64,000 bases of DNA, from the NCBI GenBank assembly GCA_041690135.1, contig JAWLHY010000008.1, forward strand, positions 302,784-366,783, in the 5' to 3' direction. The stretch comes from Armatimonadota bacterium. Its GTDB lineage: Bacteria > Armatimonadota > SYMT01. Shown in pieces: positions 38,811-49,279 of the stretch. The first letter of the stretch is position 1. Each line of letters begins with the position of its first letter. The notes beneath the pieces were generated by a model. That model worked only from the letters and a program-made list of their open reading frames with translations. It was not told the DNA's origin and ran no database searches. Position numbers and translations under genes: made by a program.

Positions 38811-39611
38811 CTAGCCTTCCGGACGAGGAGGCGGAGGCGCATCCATCCAGAGTGGCTGGCGACGCTCCGGAAAGAGGCGTGCTATCGTGGCGTCCCAGAA
38901 GGCCGCCGCCGTGCCGGTGATCAGGATCCCGGCGGTGAGGCCGGCCGCCAGTTGGAAGACAAACTCCTGGTTCGTCCGGCCGGCGCTGCAACCGTGACCT
39001 ACCAGAAGCGCCACCCCGCCGATCCCCGCCGGTAGGGCTGCGCAGGTAAGGCCATATGTCCAGGCCGCCGCGCGCGGGAGGGGAGCGTGGCTCACCCCGG
39101 ACCAGCAGGTAGCGCCGGAGGTGAGGCCTGCCCACAGTACCGCCAACCCTCCGGCAGCGAGTAGCACCGGAAGATAGGTGGGGGCATAAACCGCGAACAG
39201 CGGAATCAACAGCAGCATGGGGGCGGCGCCGAGGGCGGGCGGGGTGAGCGCCGCCGCGACCTGCCCACCGACCACCTCCTCCTCGCGGTAACGCCCCGCG
39301 ACGATCAACTGCAGCGTTTCCAGCTCATAGTTGCGGCAAAGGACGATGAGCAGGAACGGCGGGACGAGCCAGTGCGCCCAGAGCGAAAGCAACGCTCCCG
39401 CCGCGGAGAGCCACGGCCCATAGTTGAAGTCGGCCCGCAGCAAATGTCCCGAGTTCAGGACCACTAGGTCCCGGGACACCCGCACAACGGCGAAGGCCGC
39501 CACGTATACTAGGCTCGCGCCCGGAAGGGCCCAGACGGCCGTCCGCAGGACCCGACGCCGGAGTTCGCTACGGAAGAACGGATTGCGGTGCAACGCGCGC
39601 AGACGGCTCAT
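38811..39611 (-). CDS. Integral membrane protein (ABC-2 permease-like)
   Basis: NPFFRSELRRR N-terminus and about 6 TM helices. Confidence 0.6.
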   Translation of the reverse strand: MSRLRALHRNPFFRSELRRRVLRTAVWALPGASLVYVAAFAVVRVSRDLVVLNSGHLLRADFNYGPWLSAAGALLSLWAHWLVPPFLLIVLCRNYELETLQLIVAGRYREEEVVGGQVAAALTPPALGAAPMLLLIPLFAVYAPTYLPVLLAAGGLAVLWAGLTSGATCWSGVSHAPLPRAAAWTYGLTCAALPAGIGGVALLVGHGCSAGRTNQEFVFQLAAGLTAGILITGTAAAFWDATIARLFPERRQPLWMDAPPPPRPEG

Positions 39612-39620
39612 ACTTCTCCA

Positions 39621-39836
39621 TCACTCGTGCGCCACGATATACCCCTCAGCTCCCGCAAGGGGAAGGAAGTGCTTCCGCCGTGTCAAAACGGCGAAGTAGT
39701 CCTCCGCCGTGCGCTGCTCGCCGGAACCGAACCATTTGAACTCGAAGCGACAGCTCGTACAGCGGTCACCCTGGACCTGGGTCACGCGCACCTCGGTCCC
39801 ACATTGCGGACACGTAAACTCGACAAACTCATCCAT
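39621..39836 (-). CDS. Small zinc-ribbon protein
   Basis: MDEFVEFTCPQCG...CTSC; two CxxC pairs; start reassigned to 39836. Confidence 0.55.
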   Translation of the reverse strand: MDEFVEFTCPQCGTEVRVTQVQGDRCTSCRFEFKWFGSGEQRTAEDYFAVLTRRKHFLPLAGAEGYIVAHE

Positions 39837-40019
39837 AGTGTTGCGGGTAGTGGGGGAAACGTCAAAGGCTAAGCCCCATGATAGAATAGCTCGGACTCGG
39901 CCCGCCCCGCCTGTCTTTCCTCGACAGGAACACGAGCACTCGGCACTGCCGTTTGCATCCGTGCCTGTGCGGCGGTCCTTTCCGGGTCCGGTCCGCGGAA
40001 TTGTGCGAGACAAGTGCCC

Positions 40020-40313
40020 ATGCCCAGGTTAAGTCTAGAAGAAGTCGATCACGTCGCCCTGCTCGGCCGGCTCCGTCTCACGGACGAAGAGCGCCAGCGC
40101 TTCACCAAAGACCTCAACGTGATCCTCCAGCATTTTGAGATTCTCCAGCAACTGGACACCGAGGGTGTTCCGCCCATGTCCCATGCGATGACGCTGCAGA
40201 ACGTGTTCCGTGAGGATGCGGCGCGCCCGTCTTTGTCGCGCGAGGAAGTCTTGCGCGAAGCGCCGGAAGGCCGGGACGAATTCTTCGTGGTTCCTCGGAT
40301 CGTGGAAAGCTAG
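40020..40313 (+). CDS. gatC: Asp/Glu-tRNA amidotransferase subunit C
   Basis: VDHVALLGRL, NVFRED, FFVVPRI; upstream of gatA. Confidence 0.93.
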   Translation: MPRLSLEEVDHVALLGRLRLTDEERQRFTKDLNVILQHFEILQQLDTEGVPPMSHAMTLQNVFREDAARPSLSREEVLREAPEGRDEFFVVPRIVES

Positions 40314-40362
40314 AGCGCGTCGAGAGCAAAAGAACGGCGAGAGTTAGAGAGTCAGAACGACT

Positions 40363-41823
40363 ATGTCAGAATTGTGGAGCCGCACGGCGGCCGAACTCCG
40401 AGCGGCGATCGATCGCGGGGAAGTCTCTTGCCTGGAGGTGGCCCAGGCGCATCTCGACCGGATCGAGCAACTCGACCCCCAGGTACGGGCCTTCGTCACC
40501 GTCACGCGGGACGCGGCTGAACAGCAGGCGCGGGAGTGGGATGAGGCGCGTGGACGCGGGGAAATGCTGCCACCACTGGCCGGCATTCCCATTGCCCTCA
40601 AGGACAACATGTGTACCCGCGGGGTGCGCACGAGCTGCGGTTCGAAGATCCTGGGCGAATGGAGGCCACCGTATGATGCGACCGTCACCCGCCTCGTGCG
40701 CGAGGCCGGCGCGGTGTTGCTCGGCAAAGTCAACATGGATGAGTTCGCTATGGGCTCTTCCACGGAGAACAGCGGCCTATTCACCACCCGCAACCCCTGG
40801 GACCTCGGCCGGGTGCCCGGCGGCTCCAGCGGCGGATCCGCCGCCGCCGTGGCAGCGCGAATGGTGCCCGTGTCGCTCGGCAGCGATACGGGTGGCTCCA
40901 TTCGGCAGCCGGCCTCGCTCTGCGGCATCGTCGGGTTAAAACCTACCTACGGTCGCATCAGTCGTTATGGGCTGGTGGCTTACGCATCCTCGCTTGACCA
41001 GATCGGCCCACTTTCCCGGACTGTAGCCGACTCGGCGCTGCTGATGAACGCCATTGCCCGGCACGATCCCCAGGATAGTACTTCCGTTCCGCTCGAGTCG
41101 CCGGACTACACCACAGCACTCACCGGAAATGTCCGGGGGCTGCGCATCGGCGTACCAAAAGAATACTTCGCGGAAGGCATCCGGCCGGAAGTCCGCGACG
41201 CGGTGCACCAGGCGATCGAAGTCTACCGGGAGTTGGGGGCCGAGGTAGGCGAGACCTCCACGCCCCATGTCGAGTACGCGCTGGCCAGCTATTACATCAT
41301 CGCGCCCGCCGAAGCGAGCAGCAACCTGGCGCGATACGACGGGGTGCGTTACGGTGTTCGCTCTCGCGACGCACGCGACGTCGTGGGGATGTATATGACC
41401 ACCCGCGACGAGGGCTTCGGCGACGAGGTCAAGCGCCGCATCATGCTCGGGACCTACGCCCTCAGTGCGGGCTATTACGATGCCTACTACCATAAGGCCC
41501 AGCAGATACGCACCCTGGTCCGCCGGGACATGGAACGGTGCTGGGAAAGCTTCGACGTGCTGCTGACTCCCACTTCGCCGGAAGTGGCGTTCCGCCTGGG
41601 CGAGAAAACGGACGACCCACTGGCGATGAAGCTCAGCGACATCTGCACCATCCCCGTCAATATGGCCGGCACGTGCGCCATCAGCGTGCCCTGCGGCTTC
41701 CACGCGGGACTGCCGGTGGGATTGCAGTTGATCGGAAAACCCTTTGATGAAGCGAACCTGCTGCGAGTGGCGCACGCGTACGAACAGGCAACAGAGTGGC
41801 ACACCCGGACGCCGGAACTGTAG
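40363..41823 (+). CDS. gatA: Asp/Glu-tRNA amidotransferase subunit A
   Basis: [50 protein letters not shown]. Confidence 0.97.
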   Translation: MSELWSRTAAELRAAIDRGEVSCLEVAQAHLDRIEQLDPQVRAFVTVTRDAAEQQAREWDEARGRGEMLPPLAGIPIALKDNMCTRGVRTSCGSKILGEWRPPYDATVTRLVREAGAVLLGKVNMDEFAMGSSTENSGLFTTRNPWDLGRVPGGSSGGSAAAVAARMVPVSLGSDTGGSIRQPASLCGIVGLKPTYGRISRYGLVAYASSLDQIGPLSRTVADSALLMNAIARHDPQDSTSVPLESPDYTTALTGNVRGLRIGVPKEYFAEGIRPEVRDAVHQAIEVYRELGAEVGETSTPHVEYALASYYIIAPAEASSNLARYDGVRYGVRSRDARDVVGMYMTTRDEGFGDEVKRRIMLGTYALSAGYYDAYYHKAQQIRTLVRRDMERCWESFDVLLTPTSPEVAFRLGEKTDDPLAMKLSDICTIPVNMAGTCAISVPCGFHAGLPVGLQLIGKPFDEANLLRVAHAYEQATEWHTRTPEL

Positions 41824-41846
41824 CGCGGGTAGGTGAGGTTGAGGTA

Positions 41847-43367
41847 ATGACGGAAACGGCATCCAGGATTCAGGCCGTCGTCGGTATGGAGGTCCATGCC
41901 GAACTCCTGACCGAAAGCAAGATGTTCTGCGCCTGCGGAACCCAGTTCGGCGCGTCTCCCAACACGCAGATCTGCCCGGTGTGCGTGGGGCTGCCCGGCA
42001 GCCTTCCGGTGCCGAACCGGCTGGCGGTGGAGCATGTCGTGCGCACAGCGCTGGCGCTCAATTGCGAGATCAACCGCAACAGCATTTTCCATCGCAAGAA
42101 CTACTTCTATCCCGACCTACCGAAGGCGTATCAGATCAGCCAGTACGATATCCCGATTGGGATCAATGGCCATCTAGACGTCCTGGTCAATGGGGAAGTC
42201 AAGCGAGTCCGCATCCGCCGCGTGCATCTCGAAGAAGACACGGGAAAGCTGTTGCATGCGGAGCCCGGCACGTCGTTCGTGGATTACAACCGCTCCGGCG
42301 TGCCGTTGATGGAAATCGTCACCGAGCCGGACATCCACTCTGCTGACGAGGCGCGGGAGTATCTTATCGCCTTGCGGCGGATCCTCGTCTATATCGGCGC
42401 CAGCGATGGTCGGATGGAGCAAGGATCCCTGCGCTGCGAGCCCAACATCTCCGTGCGCCCCATGGGTTCGGACGAGTTGAACGCGAAGTCCGAACTGAAG
42501 AATCTGAATTCTTTCCGGGTGGTGCACCTGGGCATCCAGTACGAAACCGCACGGCAGGCGCTGGCCCTTCAGAAATTGCGGGGCGAGGACTACGGGGCGA
42601 AGCCGTCCATTCCCGGCCCGCCACCGATGAAGGTGGACTTGAGCGACCTGGCCCTGAACCAGGAAACTCGCCGATGGGATGAGCCGGGGCTGAAAACGGT
42701 GACGATGCGCACCAAAGAGTATGCGCACGACTACCGCTACTTCCCGGAGCCGGACCTGGTACCGCTCGCGTTCGACGACGCCTGGCTCGATGCCGCGCGG
42801 TCCTCGCTACCCGTTCTGCCGGAACAGCGGCTGCAGAAGTACGTGGGCGAGTACGGGCTTTCCGAATATGATGCGGCACTGCTCGTTGACGAACGGGAAG
42901 TGGCGGACTACTTTGACTCAGCCGTGGCGGCTTACGGCGGAGATGCAAAGAAAGTGGCGAACTGGATGCAGAGTGACTGGATGCGCCTGTTCAACGCCGC
43001 AAACCGGGACTGGTCCGTGGTCAAGGTCAAGCCGGAAGATCTCGCCGCGATGATCCGCCTGCAGGACGAAGGCCGCATCACCGGCAAGATCGCCAAGTCC
43101 GTATTCGAAACGATGTGGGAAACGGGCAAGAGCCCGGACACGATCGTCAAGGAGCAGGGGATCGAGGTCGTCGGCTCCGAGGACCAACTGGCTCCCATCG
43201 TGGATCGGATCCTGGAAACCAACCCGAAGCTCGTCTCCGACATCAAGGAGAAGGGCCAGGAAGGGAAAGTGAACGCGCTGGTCGGTCAGGTGATGAAGGA
43301 AACCCGCGGCAGCGCCAAGCCGGACCTCGTGCAGAAGATGATCCGCCACCGTCTCGGCCTATCCTAG
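41847..43367 (+). CDS. gatB: Asp/Glu-tRNA amidotransferase subunit B
   Basis: [37 protein letters not shown]. Confidence 0.97.
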   Translation: MTETASRIQAVVGMEVHAELLTESKMFCACGTQFGASPNTQICPVCVGLPGSLPVPNRLAVEHVVRTALALNCEINRNSIFHRKNYFYPDLPKAYQISQYDIPIGINGHLDVLVNGEVKRVRIRRVHLEEDTGKLLHAEPGTSFVDYNRSGVPLMEIVTEPDIHSADEAREYLIALRRILVYIGASDGRMEQGSLRCEPNISVRPMGSDELNAKSELKNLNSFRVVHLGIQYETARQALALQKLRGEDYGAKPSIPGPPPMKVDLSDLALNQETRRWDEPGLKTVTMRTKEYAHDYRYFPEPDLVPLAFDDAWLDAARSSLPVLPEQRLQKYVGEYGLSEYDAALLVDEREVADYFDSAVAAYGGDAKKVANWMQSDWMRLFNAANRDWSVVKVKPEDLAAMIRLQDEGRITGKIAKSVFETMWETGKSPDTIVKEQGIEVVGSEDQLAPIVDRILETNPKLVSDIKEKGQEGKVNALVGQVMKETRGSAKPDLVQKMIRHRLGLS

Positions 43368-43376
43368 AGGAACCTT

Positions 43377-44576
43377 ATGTCTCTTGAAGTGATCAATCCG
43401 CGCATCCGTGGCTTCATCTGCACTACCGCTCACCCGACCGGCTGCGCGGCCGCCGTGCAGGAGCAGATCCAGGTCGCGTCGGCAAGCCGCCCCGAAGCGC
43501 CCCACGGGGGCAATGCGCTCATCATCGGTGCTTCAACCGGCTACGGGCTGGCCAGCCGAATCGCGGCCTCCTTCGGCCACGGGATGCGGACGCTGGGTGT
43601 CTTCTTTGAAAAGGCTCCCTCCGGCAGCCGTACCGGCACGGCCGGGTGGTACAACTCCGCCGCGTTCCACGCGGAAGCGGAAGCCGCCGCCATTCCCGCC
43701 TCCAGCATCAACGGCGACGCCTTCTCCGACGCCGTGAAGCAGCAGGTAGTCGAGCGCATCAAATCCGGCTCCGGCCCGGTCGACCTCGTGGTCTACAGCC
43801 TGGCCTCGCCGGTACGGGTGCATCCCGAAACCGGGGAAACGGTGCGCTCCGTCTTGAAACCGGTGGGGGAGACGTTCACCGCCAAAACCATCGACCTGGG
43901 CAAGGATGAAGTCACGCAGGCGACGATCGAGCCCGCCACCGAGGCCGAGATTGCCGCCACCGTCACCGTGATGGGCGGCGACGACCTCCGCCGCTGGGTG
44001 GAGATCCTCCTGGGGGAGGGTGCGCTGGCCCCCGGCGCGCGCGTGGTGGCCTACTCCTACATCGGCCCCCGCGTCACCTGGCCCATCTACCGCAGCGGGA
44101 CCATCGGCCACGCGAAGCAGGACCTGGAAGACACGACCCGCGAGCTGGATCGGCGCCTGCAGGAGGCGGTCGGAGGACGGGCCTGGGTCTCCGTGAACAA
44201 AGCCGTGGTGACACAGGCATCCGCCGCCATTCCCGTGGTGCCGCTCTACGTCTCATTGCTCTACGACGTGATGAAGGAACAGGGTCTGCACGAGCGCCCC
44301 ATCGAGCAGATGGTCCGGCTCTTCAACGAGCATCTCGTGGCGCCCCGAACTCCCGCGGTCGACGAGGCGGACCGGATCCGTATGGACGACTGGGAGCTTC
44401 GGCCGGATATCCAGGCGGAAGTGGAGCGCCGTTGGGAGGCAGTTACCACCGCCAACCTGGATAAGCTCTCCGATTACGCCGGTTTCAAGAGCGAGTTCCG
44501 GCGCCTGTTCGGGTTCGAGATGGAAGGCGTCGATTATTCCGCTCCTGTCGAGACCGAAGTGTCACTGCCGCTGTAA
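43377..44576 (+). CDS. fabV: Enoyl-ACP reductase FabV / trans-2-enoyl-CoA reductase
   Basis: PRIRGFICTTAHP.GC, GASTGYGLASRI, INGDAFS, YSLASP, VTQASAAIP. Confidence 0.92.
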   Translation: MSLEVINPRIRGFICTTAHPTGCAAAVQEQIQVASASRPEAPHGGNALIIGASTGYGLASRIAASFGHGMRTLGVFFEKAPSGSRTGTAGWYNSAAFHAEAEAAAIPASSINGDAFSDAVKQQVVERIKSGSGPVDLVVYSLASPVRVHPETGETVRSVLKPVGETFTAKTIDLGKDEVTQATIEPATEAEIAATVTVMGGDDLRRWVEILLGEGALAPGARVVAYSYIGPRVTWPIYRSGTIGHAKQDLEDTTRELDRRLQEAVGGRAWVSVNKAVVTQASAAIPVVPLYVSLLYDVMKEQGLHERPIEQMVRLFNEHLVAPRTPAVDEADRIRMDDWELRPDIQAEVERRWEAVTTANLDKLSDYAGFKSEFRRLFGFEMEGVDYSAPVETEVSLPL

Positions 44577-44590
44577 GCGAGGGAAGCCAT

Positions 44591-46126
44591 ATGCCCGTGA
44601 GTGCGCTGGCCGGGGGCGGACCCCGGCCCGACCCCTGCGCGATCGTCATCTTCGGAGCCTCTGGCGACCTCACCGCCCGGAAGCTGATCCCCGCGCTCTG
44701 GAACCTGTTCCAGGATGGCCGGCTGCCCGATGGCTTCTCGATCATTGGCCTGGCGCGCACCCCGAAGACGAGCGAGCAGTTCCGAGACGAGATGCGAAAG
44801 GCGGTAGCGGAGCACTCTCGCACCGGCGAGCCCCAGGCCGACCAGTGGTCCGAGTTCGCCGCAGGGCTTTTCTACCTCCAGGGACAGTACGACCGTCCCG
44901 AGACCTACCAGCAGTTGATCGAGCTTCTGCGCGAGCAGTGCTGCCGCCGCGGGTCCTGCGGGAACCAGCTCTTCTATCTCTCCACCCCACCCAGCGGATA
45001 CGACGAGATCATCCGGCAATTGGGCCAGGCAGGTCTCGCGGCCCAGGGCCCCGGCAGCGTCGCAGGCGGCTGGTCCCGCATCATGGTGGAGAAGCCGTTC
45101 GGGCGCGATCTCGCGTCAGCCAAGCGGCTGAATGCGGAGTTGCGCCGGGAGTTCGAAGAGGAGCAGATCTACCGCATCGACCATTACCTCGGCAAGGAGA
45201 CGATCCAGAACCTGCTGGTCTTCCGCTTCGCCAATGGAATCTTCGAGCCGATCTGGAATCGGCGCTACGTCGACCACGTGCAGATCTCCGTGGCGGAAAA
45301 GCTAGGAGTAGAGGGTCGCGGAGCCTCCTATGAGGAAGCCGGGGCCCTGCGCGATATGATCCAGAACCACCTGATGCAGATGATGTGCCTGGTGGCCATG
45401 GAGCCGCCGACCCGCCTGGACCATCGCGCCATCGGCAATGAGAAGGTGAAGGTGCTGGAAGCCATCCGGCCGATCACAGACGGGGATGTGGCCTGCTGGG
45501 CAGCCCGAGGCCAATACGCTGCCGGTACCATCGATGGAAAGCCCGTGCCCGGATATCGGGAGGAGCCGGGTGTCGATTCGCGCTCCCGCACCGAGACCTA
45601 CGCCGCCGTGAAGTTCGAAATCGAGAACTGGCGCTGGGCGGGGGTACCCTTCTATCTGCGGACCGGAAAGCGCCTGCCCGAACGGGTGACGGAGGTTTCC
45701 ATCCATTTCCGCCGCGCTCCCCACCTGCTCTTCAATGAGTTCGGGGACGGGGCAATGGAAAAGAACCGGCTCGTGATCCGCGTTCAGCCCCACGAGGGCA
45801 TCGGGCTCCACTTCCGGGTAAAGGTCCCAGGCGCGGGCATGCAAATCCGGCCGCGAAGCATGCAGTTCGATTACAAGGACGCCTTCGAGACCCAGCACCC
45901 CGAAGCGTACGAGCGATTGCTGCTGGATGGGCTTCTGGGCGACCTGACCCTCTTCAACCGCGCCGACTGGATGGAGCTTTCCTGGACCCTGATCGACCCC
46001 ATCCTCTGCGCCTGGGACCAGGACCAGCAGGCCCTACCGCAGTATCCCGCGGGAACCTGGGGGCCGGAAGAAGCCTACGACCTCATCCGGCGCGACGGGC
46101 GAAAGTGGTGGATCAGCCAGCAGTAA
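44591..46126 (+). CDS. zwf: Glucose-6-phosphate 1-dehydrogenase
   Basis: [41 protein letters not shown]. Confidence 0.97.
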   Translation: MPVSALAGGGPRPDPCAIVIFGASGDLTARKLIPALWNLFQDGRLPDGFSIIGLARTPKTSEQFRDEMRKAVAEHSRTGEPQADQWSEFAAGLFYLQGQYDRPETYQQLIELLREQCCRRGSCGNQLFYLSTPPSGYDEIIRQLGQAGLAAQGPGSVAGGWSRIMVEKPFGRDLASAKRLNAELRREFEEEQIYRIDHYLGKETIQNLLVFRFANGIFEPIWNRRYVDHVQISVAEKLGVEGRGASYEEAGALRDMIQNHLMQMMCLVAMEPPTRLDHRAIGNEKVKVLEAIRPITDGDVACWAARGQYAAGTIDGKPVPGYREEPGVDSRSRTETYAAVKFEIENWRWAGVPFYLRTGKRLPERVTEVSIHFRRAPHLLFNEFGDGAMEKNRLVIRVQPHEGIGLHFRVKVPGAGMQIRPRSMQFDYKDAFETQHPEAYERLLLDGLLGDLTLFNRADWMELSWTLIDPILCAWDQDQQALPQYPAGTWGPEEAYDLIRRDGRKWWISQQ

Positions 46127-46138
46127 CCACCGAGGTGG

Positions 46139-46528
46139 TTACTGCCCCCGCGCTTTGAGCGCCCGGCGTCGGGACTGCGCCTGTTCCAGCCGTTTGCGCT
46201 CCTGCGCGGAGCCATGCGTCTGGATCACCGCCTGGGCGGCCTTGTCGGTCGGATCGAGGCCGAGGATCCCCCATGCCGCCGCCAGGCGGGTCGGGATGGC
46301 TTCGTCTTCCAGGCGCGCGAGCCAGTAATCTTTGCACAGGCGATGATACTCGGCGGTGGCTTCCTCGAATTCCGAGGTGGCCAGGAGGACCCGCCCGTTA
46401 TCCATCACGTAGTAGCGCCCATCCGCGGGCACGGCTTCGGTATTGGCCTCGAGAGAAAACCCCGCTCCCGCCAGATTCCGTTTGTAGCGCCCATGCGGCG
46501 GCGCCGCGGGTCGTGTCGTCTCTGCCAT
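46139..46528 (-). CDS. Hypothetical protein
   Basis: RBS-preceded ATG (MAETTRP); protein-like composition; fills the gap. Confidence 0.6.
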   Translation of the reverse strand: MAETTRPAAPPHGRYKRNLAGAGFSLEANTEAVPADGRYYVMDNGRVLLATSEFEEATAEYHRLCKDYWLARLEDEAIPTRLAAAWGILGLDPTDKAAQAVIQTHGSAQERKRLEQAQSRRRALKARGQ

Positions 46529-46629
46529 TCCCTCTGCCTCCCACAATCTCTAACACCGAAAGCACGCTTATTGTAGCATGTCCGCGGCGGGATCGACCCC
46601 CGTGCCCGAAGCGCAGTGAGAGAATAAGG

Positions 46630-47454
46630 ATGCCGCGCGTCTACACCACTTCATCTTCGGCAATCCTGGTGCGGCAGAAGCCCAGTGGGTTTCTCCGGGA
46701 CTTCGATTTCAGCCTGAACCCCTACTCCGGCTGTGCCTTCCAGTGTGGTGGTTGCTATGTGCCCGACCTGCTGTGCGGCCGGGCGGAGCGTCTGGGAGGG
46801 TGGGGGAGCTATGTCGAAGTGCGAGACCGTGCCGCCGAGGTGGTGCGCAAGGCGACCCCACGCCTCACCGGCGCGACCTTCTTCATGTCGCCGGTCAGCG
46901 ATGTCTACCAGCCCGCGGAACGCCGTTTCCGGCTGTCCCGCGCTGTGCTGGAGGCGCTCCACAAGATCCCGTTCGAATGGGGTCTTCTCTCCACCCGCAG
47001 TCCGCTGATCCTGGAAGATCTGGAGTTGATCCGGACTTTCGGCGCGCGCCTGGAGGTCGGTATTAGCCTGCCCACCGACCGTGAGGACCTGCGTCGCAAG
47101 CTGGACCCCAAGAACCCGCCCGTGGCCGTCCGGCTGAAGGCCGCGCGGCAGCTACGGGAAGCCGGCGTGGCCGTCCGCCTGCACGTAGCGCCACTGCAGC
47201 CGCACTCGGAAGACTTTCCCCGGCTTGCCGGAGAGGCTGCCGACTGGGTGTGGATCGACCATCCCTGCCATCCGCGCGTCGTCCGGCCGGTCTATCGAGA
47301 ACACGGACTGGAAGAATGCCTCTCCCCCATGTGGGTGGCGCGGCAGGTGGAACGCTGGAGGCGAGAACTGGGGGAAGAGCGCGTGGGTTACGGATTGGCC
47401 GACTTTGCTCGCCGCTGGAGCAAAACTTCGACCGTGTCAGCCGCCGGCGATTGA
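46630..47454 (+). CDS. Radical SAM protein (spore photoproduct lyase/Rv2578c-like)
   Basis: NPYSGCAFQCGGCY (CxxxCxxC), SDVYQPAE, TRSPLI. Confidence 0.82.
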   Translation: MPRVYTTSSSAILVRQKPSGFLRDFDFSLNPYSGCAFQCGGCYVPDLLCGRAERLGGWGSYVEVRDRAAEVVRKATPRLTGATFFMSPVSDVYQPAERRFRLSRAVLEALHKIPFEWGLLSTRSPLILEDLELIRTFGARLEVGISLPTDREDLRRKLDPKNPPVAVRLKAARQLREAGVAVRLHVAPLQPHSEDFPRLAGEAADWVWIDHPCHPRVVRPVYREHGLEECLSPMWVARQVERWRRELGEERVGYGLADFARRWSKTSTVSAAGD

Positions 47455-47709
47455 GGGGACCAGGGTGAGCGTGTCGTTCTCGGACAGCGGCGTCTGCAAC
47501 TGGGCCAAGGTGCGGATGTCCGCCTCATTCACGTAGGCATTCACGTAGCTGCGCAGGGTGCCGTCCGGGCGGAGGAGGTGTCGCCCCAACTCGGGATAGC
47601 GCTGCCGCAGGGCCGTCAGTACGTCCTGCACCACGGCGCCCGGGAGGTTAAGCTCCTGGCGACCGTCCGCATAACAGGCCAGGGCGGGGGGAATCTCAAC
47701 GTGGGTCAT
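47437..47709 (-). CDS. MoaD/ThiS-family sulfur carrier (CysO-like)
   Basis: YVNAYVNEADIR, C-terminal PSIAGG; downstream of cysM and mec. Confidence 0.88.
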   Translation of the reverse strand: MTHVEIPPALACYADGRQELNLPGAVVQDVLTALRQRYPELGRHLLRPDGTLRSYVNAYVNEADIRTLAQLQTPLSENDTLTLVPSIAGG

Positions 47710-47735
47710 TCTTCACCGATACTTCCGATGCGCAC

Positions 47736-47776
47736 GAACGGGGCCATCGTGAACGGGGCCAACGCGAACGGGGCCA
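47736..47776. repeat. Three tandem 15-bp-period repeats with core GAACGGGGCCA
   Basis: Core at 47736, 47751 and 47766 in the mec-cysO intergenic space. Confidence 0.7.
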
Positions 47777-47834
47777 TGAGGTAGACGGGAAACCGATCCC
47801 TGGTTGTTGCATCCAGGAATTGGATGGCACGGGA

Positions 47835-48338
47835 TTAGTCGTCGCTGATCTCGACTTCCTCCTCCAGGAACTCGCCGGTCTCCTCGTCCTTTTCCCAACT
47901 GCGGCACTCGACAACCTCGGCGTCCCGAACCGAAGCGATGATGTAGGACCACCCCGGCATGGCCGCATCGCGATCGAACCCGGAGGGCACGGCCGGATGA
48001 TTGGGATGGGTGTGGTACACGCCCAGCAGGTCCATCCCCGCCGCGCGAGCGCGTTTCATACCGTCACGTGTATCTTCCCCCGAGACGAAAAAGCGGCGCT
48101 CCGCGGAGAATGCCTCCCACTCCTCTGCCGACTTCTCGCCGCTGGCGGACTCAATCCCTCCCAGCATCGCGGCGCGTGCTTCCGGGTCGTCTTCCCAGGC
48201 GTTGCGCACGGGCCAGGCCTCGTGGACACAGCGTTCGTCGTTCACCAGGCGCCCCACCAGAAACCCGCAGATCTCGAGCGGGTAGCCCTCTTCCGCGTGG
48301 GCGCGGATCGTATCGAGGGCAGCTTGGGTGATCTTCAT
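47835..48338 (-). CDS. JAB/Mov34 (M67) metallopeptidase, Mec-like
   Basis: YPLEICG, YHTHPNHPAVPSGFD JAMM motif; start overlaps the cysM stop. Confidence 0.88.
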   Translation of the reverse strand: MKITQAALDTIRAHAEEGYPLEICGFLVGRLVNDERCVHEAWPVRNAWEDDPEARAAMLGGIESASGEKSAEEWEAFSAERRFFVSGEDTRDGMKRARAAGMDLLGVYHTHPNHPAVPSGFDRDAAMPGWSYIIASVRDAEVVECRSWEKDEETGEFLEEEVEISDD

Positions 48339-49279
48339 CCCATTTCGTCCCAGAAACGCTCGCTGAGGTACTTGTCCCCGCTGTCGGGGAAGAGGGTAAC
48401 GATGACGGCATCCTTCACCTGCTGGGCCTGCAGTTCGCGTGCGACCTGCATGGCGCAGGCCATCGCCGCCCCGGCCGAAACACCCACCAGGAGGCCTTCT
48501 TCTCGCGCCAGCCGTTGCACGTAGGTGTAAGCGTCTTCCGTGGAGATGGCGCGGTCTTCGTCCGCTAATTCCGGAGAGTAGATCGGCGGCACAATGGCAC
48601 TGGCCATGTGCTTCATGCCTTCGAGACCGTGAAAAGGGGAGTCGGGCTGGAACGAGATGCAGCGGATCCGCGGGTTGAACTGCTTGAGCCGGCGACTGGT
48701 GCCCATGAACGTGCCGCTGGTTCCCAGGCCGGAGATCCAGTGAGTGACCCGCCCTTCCGTCTGTTCCCAGATCTCGACCCCTGTTCCGAGGAAATGGGCC
48801 TTCCAGTTGTTGTCGTTGCTGTACTGGTCGCTGTAGAAGTAGCGGTCCGGGTCCTCGGCGTAGATTCGGCGCGCTTCCCGAATCGCGCCGTCCGAGCCCT
48901 CCAGGGGGCTGGTAAGCACCAACTCCGCTCCGTAGGCTTTCAGGATCCGCTTCCGCTCGATGCTGGCATTGGACGGCATGCAGAGCTTGACCGGAAACCC
49001 GCGGGCCGCGCCGATCATCGCGTAGGCAATTCCGGTATTGCCGGAAGTGGCGTCCAGTAGGGTCTTGCCGGGACCGAGCAGACCCTCCCGCTCGGCACTG
49101 AGTACCATATTGAGGGCGGGGCGGTCCTTCACCGAGCCACCAGGATTGAACCACTCCGCCTTGGCGTAGAGCTCAACGCCGGGAACCTCACGATTCAGGT
49201 TAGCCAGGTGGAGGAGGGGCGTGTTGCCCACCAACTCCAGCACCCTCGCCGGCAAATGCATTCGGGGCTTCTGTTTCAT
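48335..49279 (-). CDS. cysM: PLP-dependent cysteine synthase (CysM-type)
   Basis: GNTPL, NPGGSVKDR, ATSGNTGIA, GLGTSGT, FPDSGDKYLS. Confidence 0.9.
   Translation of the reverse strand: MKQKPRMHLPARVLELVGNTPLLHLANLNREVPGVELYAKAEWFNPGGSVKDRPALNMVLSAEREGLLGPGKTLLDATSGNTGIAYAMIGAARGFPVKLCMPSNASIERKRILKAYGAELVLTSPLEGSDGAIREARRIYAEDPDRYFYSDQYSNDNNWKAHFLGTGVEIWEQTEGRVTHWISGLGTSGTFMGTSRRLKQFNPRIRCISFQPDSPFHGLEGMKHMASAIVPPIYSPELADEDRAISTEDAYTYVQRLAREEGLLVGVSAGAAMACAMQVARELQAQQVKDAVIVTLFPDSGDKYLSERFWDEMG

Noticed and set aside
47835-49154. 439-aa ORF suggesting a long JAB fusion
   Set aside because: The N-terminal part is an alternative frame of cysM; the real start is MKITQ at 48338, overlapping the cysM stop.
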